Below, piece after piece: positions 40,101 to 49,236 of a DNA stretch of 64,000 nt (positions are counted from its first letter, which is position 1; the number at the start of each line of letters is the position of its first letter). Below the pieces are notes generated by a model. It saw nothing but the letters and a program-made list of their open reading frames with translations. It had not been told where the DNA came from and searched no databases. Made by a program: the position numbers and the translations under genes. This DNA comes from Bdellovibrionales bacterium (GTDB lineage: Bacteria > Bdellovibrionota > Bdellovibrionia > Bdellovibrionales > UBA1609). The stretch is taken from contig JAWLHR010000011.1 in the NCBI GenBank assembly GCA_041690295.1, positions 36,796-100,795 on the forward strand, read 5' to 3'.

Positions 40101-42765
40101 TCAAATCCGCCAGACATTCATCGACTTCTTTAAAAAACATGGGCACGTGGAGGTGCCGAGTTCGCGCCTGATCCCGGAGAACGATCCCACTCTGCTGTTC
40201 ACCAACGCGGGCATGAACCAGTTCAAGAATGTCTTCCTCGGCCTGGAGCAACGCGATTACAAGCGCGCGGTATCGGCGCAGAAATGCGTGCGCGCCGGCG
40301 GTAAACACAATGACCTGGAAAACGTCGGGCACACCCGCCGCCATCACACGTTTTTCGAGATGATGGGGAATTTCTCCTTCGGCGATTACTTCAAAAAAGA
40401 AGCGATTCGCTTCGCCTGGGAACTGGTGACGAAAGAGTTCGGCATCGACAAAAACCGCCTCTACATCTCGGTCTTCCAGGATGACGACGAGACGGCCGAG
40501 ATCTGGCATAAACAAGAAGGCGTTCCCCGCGAGCGGATTTACCGTTTCGGCGAAAAAGATAACTTTTGGCGCATGGGCGACACCGGCCCCTGCGGTCCGT
40601 GCTCGGAAATCTTTTATGACCTCGGCCCTGAAGTGGGCGGCGATCCCAAACAGAATGTCATGGGCGGCGAAGGCGACCGCTACATGGAAATCTGGAACCT
40701 GGTTTTCATGCAATACTTCGAAGATGGGAAAGGCGGACGTTCGCTCCTGCCGAAACCCTCGGTCGACACCGGCATGGGCCTCGAACGCGCATCGGCGGTT
40801 TTGCAGAATAAGCTCAGCAACTATGACACTGATCTTTTCCAAGACATCATCCAAGCGGTGGCGAAGACCGCGAGACGCGAGTATGGTTCCGATCCCAAAA
40901 CCGACGTCGCCCTTCGGGTGATGGCCGATCACGCGCGCGCCGCGGGATTTTTGATCGCCGATGGCGTTTTGCCGTCCAATGAGGGCCGCGGGTATGTTCT
41001 ACGCCGGATTCTGCGACGGGCGATCCGTTACGGCCGCCAACTTTCCCACGACTCCCTCTTGCCGGTGGCCGTTCGGGAAGTCGTGCGCAAGATGGGCTCC
41101 CATTACGCGGAACTTGAACAGCGCAAGAACATCATTGATCGTACGGTTCAGGATGAAGAGCGCCGCTTTCTCGCCACCCTCGATCAGGGCACGCATGTTC
41201 TCGCCCAAGAGCTGGATCGTCTCGCCACTGGTGGCACTTTGAGCGGCGAGGTCTTGTTCAAACTTTATGACACCTATGGGTTTCCCGTGGATCTCACCCG
41301 AATCATGGCGGCCGAGCGGGGATTTAAAGTCGACGAACTGGGTTTTGAACAGCGTCTTGAAGCCGCCAAGGAAAAAGCCCGCGCGTCGTGGAAAGGGAAA
41401 ACCATTTCCGGCGATCAGGCCTTTCTCGTGACCTTCAGTCAGAACGTGCAACGCCAGTTCGGCGAAACGCCGTTCACCGGTTATGGGACAACGGTCGACA
41501 ACGCCAAGATACTGAAACTGGCCGATGGAAAAAATGAAGTTAGTGAACTGAAGGCCGAGCAAAGCGGCGTTTTGGTTTGCGATAAAACCTGTTTTTACGC
41601 CGAAGGCGGCGGCCAGGTCGGCGATCGCGGCGTGATTCGCTCACCCACTGGTGAAGCCGAGGTTCTCGACTGCACCAAAATGAACGGTGTTCATTTGCAT
41701 CACGTGCGGGTGCTCGACGGCGAACTTAAAGTCGGCGATCCGGTGCAGCTCGTGGTGGATCAGCGGGCGCGCCAAAGCACGGCCAACAATCACTCGGCCA
41801 CCCACCTTCTGCACGCGGCCCTACGCAAAGTTTTGGGCGCGCACGTGCAACAGGCGGGATCATTGGTTGAACCCGAGCGTTTGCGTTTCGACTTCACCCA
41901 TCCGCAGCCGCTGTCACGGGCGGAAATCGAAATGATCGAAAACCTCGTTAATGAGGAAATCGATAAGGGCACTGTAGTGGAAGCCGAAGTGATGCCACAT
42001 AAAGCGGCGCTCGAAAAAGGCGCCCTCGCCCTCTTCGGTGAGAAGTATGGCGAAGAAGTGCGGGTGATTAAGATGGGCGAGTTCTCGATTGAGCTTTGCG
42101 GTGGCACGCACGTCGCCCACTTGTCGCAAATTCGGTTATTCAAAATTTACAGCGAAAGCGGCGTCAGCGCGGGTGTCCGCCGGATTGAAGCCGTGACGGG
42201 AGAACGGGCGGTTCAGTACGCCCTGACGGGGTTGCGCGAAACCGAGGCCAACCGCCAAGTGATCGGCTCTTCTTCGCTTTTCGCTGAGCTTTACGGCACG
42301 GCGACCAAAGCGTTGTCGGGTCCTGAGTGGTCCGAGCAAAAAATCGAAGAGGTCAAAAAGCTTCAGCGTGAAATCCAAAACCTCAAGGGCAAGAACGTCA
42401 ACGTGGACTCGCTCGCGGAATCGGCCCGCCCGTTCCGCTCGGACGGCATCGAGGGCCGCTGGGTGTTCGCCGACATTCCGATGGATGACCGGAAAGTGCT
42501 CTCGGATCTCTCGGATCGCTTGCAGGACAAGTTAAAACCGGCGGTGGTCGTCCTGGTGGGACAAGGCCAGAACTCTCATCCGTTGATCGTGAGCGTGAGC
42601 AAATCCCTGACCCCCAAACTGAATGCGGGCAAAATTTTAGGTGAAATCGCCTCCGCATTGGGTGGAAAAGGCGGTGGACGGCCGGATTTCGCCCAAGGCG
42701 CCGTGCCTTCGCGACAGAATCTCGCGGCCGCGCAAGCCAAGGCCTCGGCGTTGCTCGAGGGTTAA
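40090..42765 (+). CDS. alaS: Alanine-tRNA ligase
   Basis: LLFTNAGM, HSATHLLH, ELCGGTH, GGKGGGR. Confidence 0.99.
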   Translation: MKSDQIRQTFIDFFKKHGHVEVPSSRLIPENDPTLLFTNAGMNQFKNVFLGLEQRDYKRAVSAQKCVRAGGKHNDLENVGHTRRHHTFFEMMGNFSFGDYFKKEAIRFAWELVTKEFGIDKNRLYISVFQDDDETAEIWHKQEGVPRERIYRFGEKDNFWRMGDTGPCGPCSEIFYDLGPEVGGDPKQNVMGGEGDRYMEIWNLVFMQYFEDGKGGRSLLPKPSVDTGMGLERASAVLQNKLSNYDTDLFQDIIQAVAKTARREYGSDPKTDVALRVMADHARAAGFLIADGVLPSNEGRGYVLRRILRRAIRYGRQLSHDSLLPVAVREVVRKMGSHYAELEQRKNIIDRTVQDEERRFLATLDQGTHVLAQELDRLATGGTLSGEVLFKLYDTYGFPVDLTRIMAAERGFKVDELGFEQRLEAAKEKARASWKGKTISGDQAFLVTFSQNVQRQFGETPFTGYGTTVDNAKILKLADGKNEVSELKAEQSGVLVCDKTCFYAEGGGQVGDRGVIRSPTGEAEVLDCTKMNGVHLHHVRVLDGELKVGDPVQLVVDQRARQSTANNHSATHLLHAALRKVLGAHVQQAGSLVEPERLRFDFTHPQPLSRAEIEMIENLVNEEIDKGTVVEAEVMPHKAALEKGALALFGEKYGEEVRVIKMGEFSIELCGGTHVAHLSQIRLFKIYSESGVSAGVRRIEAVTGERAVQYALTGLRETEANRQVIGSSSLFAELYGTATKALSGPEWSEQKIEEVKKLQREIQNLKGKNVNVDSLAESARPFRSDGIEGRWVFADIPMDDRKVLSDLSDRLQDKLKPAVVVLVGQGQNSHPLIVSVSKSLTPKLNAGKILGEIASALGGKGGGRPDFAQGAVPSRQNLAAAQAKASALLEG

Positions 42766-42956
42766 CGCTTAGAGTACCGCCCCTTAACTTTACGCTGCTC
42801 TATCAAGTAACAGACTTAGATCCACCACTAGTTGCGTCACGACTCGGTATCTATGAATAAATTCCGACATTCGACTGGAATGTTTAGCGACCAGATAGAC
42901 ATACCGAACAAGCTAAACAAATATTTTGTATAAACTCCAATCGCTGAGGTTGAATC

Positions 42957-45900
42957 GTGGCATCGGATCAAATTATCTCCCCCATATTTATTGACTTTGG
43001 AAGCCGAAATACAGGCGTCATCCTTCTTCATGGAAAAGTGAATCAGTCGATATTTGACTGGCAGAAGTCAGGTAGTCTCATCGTCGCCGATGAAAACAAG
43101 AAAACTTGGGCGCAAATTTCACGCCGGATAAAGCGACATCAAAAGAGAAATATTGAACGGCGACAAATGGCCAAACGGCTTCTCTTAATTATCCTTAAAG
43201 AAGTATTTGCGTTCACGAACAATGAACTTGAAACCACCGTCAATCAAAATCAAACAGCACTCCAATTCATGACGGGGCTGTTGAACCGCCGCGGCTACAC
43301 GCGCCTTGATGAAGGTGTGGATCGAGAGGCCATAAACAATCTAGACATTGATCTCATCAAGGAACACGATCCGTCGTTTGCCGATTATCTTTCTTCTTTT
43401 TCAACAGTCTCCGAGGCAATCGAATCAGCGGCGAACTTGAGCTTACAAGAAATTGACGATTTTTTGAACCACCCGGCTTTCGAGCAAGTGGAAATCATTA
43501 AGGGTAGGTCTGTCCGCAGGCGATTCGCTATTTTAGAAAAAGTGCCAACAGAACTCAAAAAACCTCTCGAAACAGGGCTTTCAGCAACTCTTAAAGCGCT
43601 TGAGAGTTACAAACTGGCACTCGACGAAGGACATAAGAGAAGACCGGAATACTTTAATGACATTAAAGAAGTGATCTCGGCGAATGCTCAATTCGTCGTT
43701 CTTTTAGAAAAAAAAGGCTTAGACGTCGATTCTTTTCACCGCCTAATTAGTAATATAAGCAATTTGCAGCTTAGAATGCTTAGAAAGTATTTTAATGATC
43801 CAAGCTTCAAATCAGGCGATCGATGGTATCCCGAAAAATTGAAGAACGTCTTTTCGCGATATGTTCAATCTTGGCATGCAAGAAATAAGAAGGAAAAAGC
43901 CAATAAAAAAGAAATCCTAGCAAGACTTCAAAGTACACCTGATATCATCAACCTACTTGCCTCCCTCGATCCCCAAATTACAATTCCGCCATATGAAGAT
44001 CAAAATAATCGATCTCCTCTAAAATGCCGCAGTCTTTTGCTCGACCACGAAAAACTCGATCAAACGTTCCCCAATTGGAAATTTTGGACCGAGAAAATCG
44101 TATCCAAATATCCTGAGATTACAGAAGAGTTGGAAGCCCGCCAGGTGGGCCATACACAACCCTCCCGCAATGCTCCCAAAGAGGTTCGCATTCTTCAAAG
44201 ATTCCTTGAGGCTTCGAACCATCTCCAAGAAACCTACAATTTACGTAAAGTGGCCCGTTCTGATTCTAAATCAGATTTCGATGACCAGCTTCAGGCTCTC
44301 GCAAACCTCTTGGGAGGAGATCAAATTGACTCCTTTTTAAACTTGGCCCGACGAATCTTCGATGAAGTTCATCAAGCGCGATATGGAATCTGGAATGAGC
44401 TGTCCAATACTCGGATTTTGACCAGGTGCGATATTACGACGCGAACTAAAGCCAATTCAAAAGAAATCGATCTTGCGCGGGTGTTAGGAACAAAAAAAAG
44501 AGCTGGCGTTGTCAATGAATTCGAGAATCTCCTAAGGAAAGGCGAAAAGATCAATCGAAAATCGCTTAAATCCGTTCTTCAAAGCTGCTCGGACTGGATA
44601 AAGAGAGAAGGTTCTCTATTTAAGGAAAAGGTTCAGCTAATCCAAGGTGGACAAACCAAAGACTTCGACAACAAGCTTATCGAACTTGTCAAGGTTGGGG
44701 GCGAAGTCGATAAAGCTGCCTCCCTCATTGCAGGTCATTTTGGAGTAGATGAAGACAAGATCAATAATCCCTGGTCGCTCTCCCAAATCTTCAACATCTA
44801 TTTTAGTACCCGAGCTGGGCATTCCTCCTCATGTGCAGCCTGCTCTGGAGATAACTTCTGGCGAACACGAACCAATTCGAATCACCAGGCCAATTGCTCT
44901 TCTCTTCCTACAGATGCCGTTCGCCCATTCGATGGCGTCGTCCGCCGTCTTGTCGAAGATTTTGCTCATGCAATAGCGCGAAAGAAACTTGAGCAAATTG
45001 GAACATCCTCCTCAGTGTTAGTCCCAGTTGTGATCGAAGAAAATCGATTTTCGTCCGCAGAAGATCTACTTGTGCTTAAACGTAGCCAAAACTTAGAAAT
45101 CAGGAGCGATCGAAGATCTTTTTTGAAGAAGGCGCGTGTATCTGATGAGCAGATGTTTCAGAACAAGATCGAAAGGATTCAATCTGCATCGCGGTCCATT
45201 TGTCCCTATTCCGGACAAAAACTAATTCAAGACGGTGAAATTGATCATGTCATTCCGCGCTCATACACTCTTAAACATTTCAAATCAGTTTTAAATCACG
45301 AGGCCAACCTCATCTATGCTTCAAAAACCGGTAATCAATCAAAATTGAACAGTATATTCAACCTGGAGGACCTACACCCAAAATATCTAGAAGCTCAGTT
45401 TGGCACGAACGATATTTCCAAAATCGCAAAAACGATACAGTCCACGATAGAAAGTTTATTGGAAGAAGATCGACTTCGTCTCCAATTTCTCAGACTCAAA
45501 GAACAGGAGCAGCGTGATCTTCGGCACGCACTCTTTGTCCCGGATCTTCGCAAGACGATTCTTCCCAAACTCGCGCAACAATCACGCAACTGGGCGAATG
45601 GCACACAAAGATACTTGGCGAAAGTTCTTCAAAGAGAAATTTGTAAAAGAAACCCAAATGCGGACGTACAGATCCAATTTGCCGATCCGGTCGAAACGTC
45701 AATCTTAAGGGACAATCTGGCCAAACAAGACGTTCGACTTACAAAGCAAGAAAATCAGCCCATCATCAGCCACCTTTATGATGCGATGATTGGTGGACTT
45801 TCTAATATTTGGGTTTCAGAAAACATATCGAAAGAAATCACTACGGCACTAATTGACGCCGACTCATTTTATACCTTGTTACCGAGATCTTTCGACGTTT

Positions 45901-47150
45901 TCACTTTAAGTTCACGCTCCAAAGCTAAACGAGATAATCCATTCTCGAAGTCAATGTTTAAAGATGAAATGTACGCAGAGCACTTTTTACCGGTTTGGCT
46001 GAGCCGCGATGGCAACCTTGGATTCGGTTTTAATCCAAATGAATTGATTATTTGTAATCCAAACAAGTCGGAACAAATTTGGTCTGCACTGACTCCATTT
46101 TTGATTGGACCGAAGCAAACCGAGCCAGCCGATTTCAAGAAGGAGATAAGCACACGTAAAGAAAAGTGGACCTATTATACCGTCAATAAGAATAAGGCAT
46201 TTCAGTTTTTTAACAAACATGCTCTCCAACCTGATCCAGAAACTCAAATTGTTTGGGAGACCTTGAATTCCCTACGTTTCACAACTCAGAAAATGGAATT
46301 CTTTGATATTGTTTTCAAAGAAGAAAAAAAGAAGAACTCACGTGAACTCCTGTCCGTATCGGAATTCGAGAAACAACATAAGGCGAAAAAATTCACATTA
46401 GAAAGATCGAGCCTAGGAAAAGGTATAGTTGTCATACCATCTTATCATGAGTGGACAAAAAGAATTGAAGAACTTAGACATGACAGAATTGTTTCTATTC
46501 CGTTGGATGAGTTTGAACTCACGAAGCGCGAATTAGGGAGGAACTACTTTCTTGATGGAACTAGTGCAAACAAGAGGATGCGTGCACGAAAACAGTTTTC
46601 CCTTCCGATGTTAAAAAACGCATCTGGTGGATTTCGCATTGAGCGGACTAATTTTTTGAGTGAAAGCATTTATCAACTTCAGTCAATAGACGACCTTTCG
46701 GCAGTAGGTGTACTTAAGTCAGACAAAAGAACCTATGTGCCCGTACCTGGATTATTAAGTGGTTCAATTACCCCACTCAGTGCGGAGTTTAGAATAAGCG
46801 AAGACTTTATTTCGTTTGATGAATGGTTTGACGTCAATGTTGACGCGAGAATGGAAGAGCAGGGCATAACTAAACTCCGCGTACAGTATGGAACAAAGGA
46901 TAGAAGAAACGTTGAACTTACGGTCAAACCCGAAAAGCTGTTGGAACTATTTGATTTACAAGATTCAGATATTTTCAAAATATTTCGAACAATCGACTTT
47001 CGGAAATCGAATCTTCCAAAAAAAGTTGGAAGGCCAAGAGACAAATGTACAGTTGTACGAGTCGACTTAGATGAAGGGATCACTGTTCGATACAGTGCCG
47101 AATCCGCCTCCGAGCTTACAGAGGAAATATTCAAGCTGGCGAACATATGA
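42957..47150 (+). CDS. cas9: Type II-B Cas9 (1397 aa)
   Basis: RuvC-I PIFIDFGSRNTG; bridge helix RRIKRHQKRNIERR; RuvC-II VIEENRF; HNH CPYSG...IDHVIPRS...N; RuvC-III SHLYDA; followed by cas1-cas2-cas4. Confidence 0.96.
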   Translation: MASDQIISPIFIDFGSRNTGVILLHGKVNQSIFDWQKSGSLIVADENKKTWAQISRRIKRHQKRNIERRQMAKRLLLIILKEVFAFTNNELETTVNQNQTALQFMTGLLNRRGYTRLDEGVDREAINNLDIDLIKEHDPSFADYLSSFSTVSEAIESAANLSLQEIDDFLNHPAFEQVEIIKGRSVRRRFAILEKVPTELKKPLETGLSATLKALESYKLALDEGHKRRPEYFNDIKEVISANAQFVVLLEKKGLDVDSFHRLISNISNLQLRMLRKYFNDPSFKSGDRWYPEKLKNVFSRYVQSWHARNKKEKANKKEILARLQSTPDIINLLASLDPQITIPPYEDQNNRSPLKCRSLLLDHEKLDQTFPNWKFWTEKIVSKYPEITEELEARQVGHTQPSRNAPKEVRILQRFLEASNHLQETYNLRKVARSDSKSDFDDQLQALANLLGGDQIDSFLNLARRIFDEVHQARYGIWNELSNTRILTRCDITTRTKANSKEIDLARVLGTKKRAGVVNEFENLLRKGEKINRKSLKSVLQSCSDWIKREGSLFKEKVQLIQGGQTKDFDNKLIELVKVGGEVDKAASLIAGHFGVDEDKINNPWSLSQIFNIYFSTRAGHSSSCAACSGDNFWRTRTNSNHQANCSSLPTDAVRPFDGVVRRLVEDFAHAIARKKLEQIGTSSSVLVPVVIEENRFSSAEDLLVLKRSQNLEIRSDRRSFLKKARVSDEQMFQNKIERIQSASRSICPYSGQKLIQDGEIDHVIPRSYTLKHFKSVLNHEANLIYASKTGNQSKLNSIFNLEDLHPKYLEAQFGTNDISKIAKTIQSTIESLLEEDRLRLQFLRLKEQEQRDLRHALFVPDLRKTILPKLAQQSRNWANGTQRYLAKVLQREICKRNPNADVQIQFADPVETSILRDNLAKQDVRLTKQENQPIISHLYDAMIGGLSNIWVSENISKEITTALIDADSFYTLLPRSFDVFTLSSRSKAKRDNPFSKSMFKDEMYAEHFLPVWLSRDGNLGFGFNPNELIICNPNKSEQIWSALTPFLIGPKQTEPADFKKEISTRKEKWTYYTVNKNKAFQFFNKHALQPDPETQIVWETLNSLRFTTQKMEFFDIVFKEEKKKNSRELLSVSEFEKQHKAKKFTLERSSLGKGIVVIPSYHEWTKRIEELRHDRIVSIPLDEFELTKRELGRNYFLDGTSANKRMRARKQFSLPMLKNASGGFRIERTNFLSESIYQLQSIDDLSAVGVLKSDKRTYVPVPGLLSGSITPLSAEFRISEDFISFDEWFDVNVDARMEEQGITKLRVQYGTKDRRNVELTVKPEKLLELFDLQDSDIFKIFRTIDFRKSNLPKKVGRPRDKCTVVRVDLDEGITVRYSAESASELTEEIFKLANI

Positions 47151-48130
47151 AACATTTGGTCGTTAGTGAGTATGGGACATTCTTAGGGATAAAAAGTCAA
47201 CGACTCATCGTTAAACAGAATGATCAATTAATACGTGAAATCCCCCTCAATCGATTACAAACAGTTGTGGTCACAAAGTCGGGCGTGACGTTTTCTTCAG
47301 ACCTACTTATCAATTGTGCGCAGCGAGGCATAAAATTCTTTTTGACCGATTTCAAAGGCGAACCCGTTAACGCTCTCACGGGTATCCATCAACACGGAGT
47401 CGTTGAGTTAAGAAAACAGCAATTCATGAAGTTTCCTGGCTTGCAAGGGCGTGAACTCGCGCGAGTAATTTTGCGATCGAAAGTAAAGAGTCAGCGTGCT
47501 GTATTGTCCTATTTTGCTAAGTACCTCAAAAAACACGGGGGAAACGTCGCAAACTTAGAACAGTCTCGCATATTGCTTGAAGAAATAGACAACCATCTAA
47601 TGCAGACCGACCTATCGGGCGAAACTTGGCGATATAGATTACTTGGATTGGAAGGAGCCGCGGCTAGATCTTATTTTAGCTGTTGGTCAGATCTGAGTGT
47701 ACCCTTAAAAGAGCGATCCGGAAGAGGTGCTCAAGACCTGGTTAATGCAACCTTAAATTATGGTTATGCGATTTTACAGAGTTATATTTGGAAAGCTGTC
47801 ATCAATGCGGGATTAGAGCCTTACTTTGGTTTTCTCCATACGGAAAGACCGGGAAAACCAAGTTTAGTTTTGGATTTAATGGAAGAGTACAGAGCCTGGG
47901 TGGTCGATCGGCTCACCATTAAACTTACTGCGCGAAAAGACCATCTCGCGAGCTTCGGCCAGGAAGAGCGCCGCCGAATCGCACAAGAAGTCCAAAGAAC
48001 GATGGAAGGAAAAATCTTCTATTCAAATCGTCGGCTAAGGCTCGAAACGGTTATACAACGAAGGGTTTATCAACTTTGCGGTTCGCTTTTTTTACAATCG
48101 AAGTATCGACCGCTAACGTTCAAGTGGTAG
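47147..48130 (+). CDS. cas1: Cas1
   Basis: LGLEGAAARSYF, NATLNYGY, GFLH, DLMEEYR. Confidence 0.97.
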   Translation: MKHLVVSEYGTFLGIKSQRLIVKQNDQLIREIPLNRLQTVVVTKSGVTFSSDLLINCAQRGIKFFLTDFKGEPVNALTGIHQHGVVELRKQQFMKFPGLQGRELARVILRSKVKSQRAVLSYFAKYLKKHGGNVANLEQSRILLEEIDNHLMQTDLSGETWRYRLLGLEGAAARSYFSCWSDLSVPLKERSGRGAQDLVNATLNYGYAILQSYIWKAVINAGLEPYFGFLHTERPGKPSLVLDLMEEYRAWVVDRLTIKLTARKDHLASFGQEERRRIAQEVQRTMEGKIFYSNRRLRLETVIQRRVYQLCGSLFLQSKYRPLTFKW

Positions 48131-48133
48131 TCC

Positions 48134-48421
48134 ATGGTCCGTCCCTATCTCATCGCTTACGACATCAGTGATAATAAATCGAGGACACGCATATTCGAAA
48201 ACCTGAAGGATCTCGGATTGAGTCCGGTTCAAAATTCAGTTTTTTGGGGTTATCTTACAGTCGCGGAATTTAGGGCTGCAATTCGACTGTTGGAAAAAGC
48301 TTGCAAAGATGCGGATGACCGTGGACTGGCCATCCCCATTTCAATTGCTGATATCGGTAAGGCAAAAGCCATAAATTATCCAGAAAACGTCTTTGTTAAG
48401 GTGGATTATGAAGTCCTATGA
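48134..48421 (+). CDS. cas2: Cas2
   Basis: YLIAYDISD...PVQNSVF. Confidence 0.96.
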   Translation: MVRPYLIAYDISDNKSRTRIFENLKDLGLSPVQNSVFWGYLTVAEFRAAIRLLEKACKDADDRGLAIPISIADIGKAKAINYPENVFVKVDYEVL

Positions 48422-49016
48422 AGCTCACCGAACTAACCATCCCACCTTTCCAATCAATTTGCTTAGACAAGCTCAATTCTGTCCGCGCATCCCCTATTTT
48501 TCACATTTGGTGGGACTTCGATCCAAGTCGCCTCTTTGGGTTGAACAAGGTTCCGATCATCATAATCTCGAACTCAAAAGGATAAAACGACGATCGCTAG
48601 AAAGATATGGTATCGAGAACCCAAAATTCCTGCGTAATGTCTTCTTAGAATCAAAGAGCATAGGCGTACATGGTTTGGCGGACGGGCTGATCATAGGCAC
48701 CTCAAAAGGATGCGTCGTAGAATTCAAGCTAGGGAAACAGTCAATTCACAAAGGTGCCATGATTCAACTAAATGCTTACGCCATGATCGCTGAGGAGCAA
48801 TTCGGTATCAAGTTTGAGCATAATTTCTTTGTTGTCGAAAAAATGGGTAAAATGATTCCCGTGCCGTTAACCGAGCGAAGCAGAAAGCAAGTACTGGAAG
48901 CCCGGGATTCCCTCTTACGGATATTAAATTCGCCGCTCTTACCTCAATCGCCAGCCACACCACATCAATGCGGACAATGCGAATATCTTTGGCGTTGCAA
49001 TGACCGGAATTGGTAA
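48408..49016 (+). CDS. cas4: Cas4
   Basis: FCPR, G.AD...VEFK, QLNAYA, C-terminal CGQC...C Fe-S ligands. Confidence 0.95.
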   Translation: MKSYEAHRTNHPTFPINLLRQAQFCPRIPYFSHLVGLRSKSPLWVEQGSDHHNLELKRIKRRSLERYGIENPKFLRNVFLESKSIGVHGLADGLIIGTSKGCVVEFKLGKQSIHKGAMIQLNAYAMIAEEQFGIKFEHNFFVVEKMGKMIPVPLTERSRKQVLEARDSLLRILNSPLLPQSPATPHQCGQCEYLWRCNDRNW

Positions 49017-49018
49017 AT

Positions 49019-49059
49019 AAAAAACTGGGTATGTGGGCCTGGCGTTTGCCAGACCCACA
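49019..49059 (-). terminator. 3' hairpin / terminator of tracrRNA
   Basis: UGUGGGUCUGGC-AAAC-GCCAGGCCCACA then UACCCAG-U6; the one non-WC pair is G-U only on the minus strand. Confidence 0.7.
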
Positions 49060-49120
49060 GAGTCCCCATTCACAACTTTCTTTTGATGATTTCAGTGCAT
49101 CGGAATTGAAGGATTTACAA
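49019..49120 (-). ncRNA. tracrRNA
   Basis: Anti-repeat at 49089-49113 (minus strand UCCUUCAAUUCC-GAUGC-ACUGAAAU) pairs with the crRNA repeat GUUUCAGU-UGCUG-GGAAUUGAAGGA; followed by a 12-bp hairpin and a U6 tract; 5' end approximate. Confidence 0.88.
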
Positions 49121-49236
49121 TGCTTTTTTCGTCGTTTCTTCGAAAAACTTGAGGTTTTTTTAACAACTTTTGTTTTTCGAAAAAATTAACCATTCAAGCT
49201 CCCAAGAAGCCAAGCAAGTCAATAACTTAGCTTGGG
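49121..49236. promoter_or_regulatory. CRISPR leader (acquisition end) with IHF-like site
   Basis: AT-rich; AGTCAATAACTTA at 49217-49229 is one mismatch from WATCAANNNNTTR; adjacent repeats are perfect. Confidence 0.6.
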
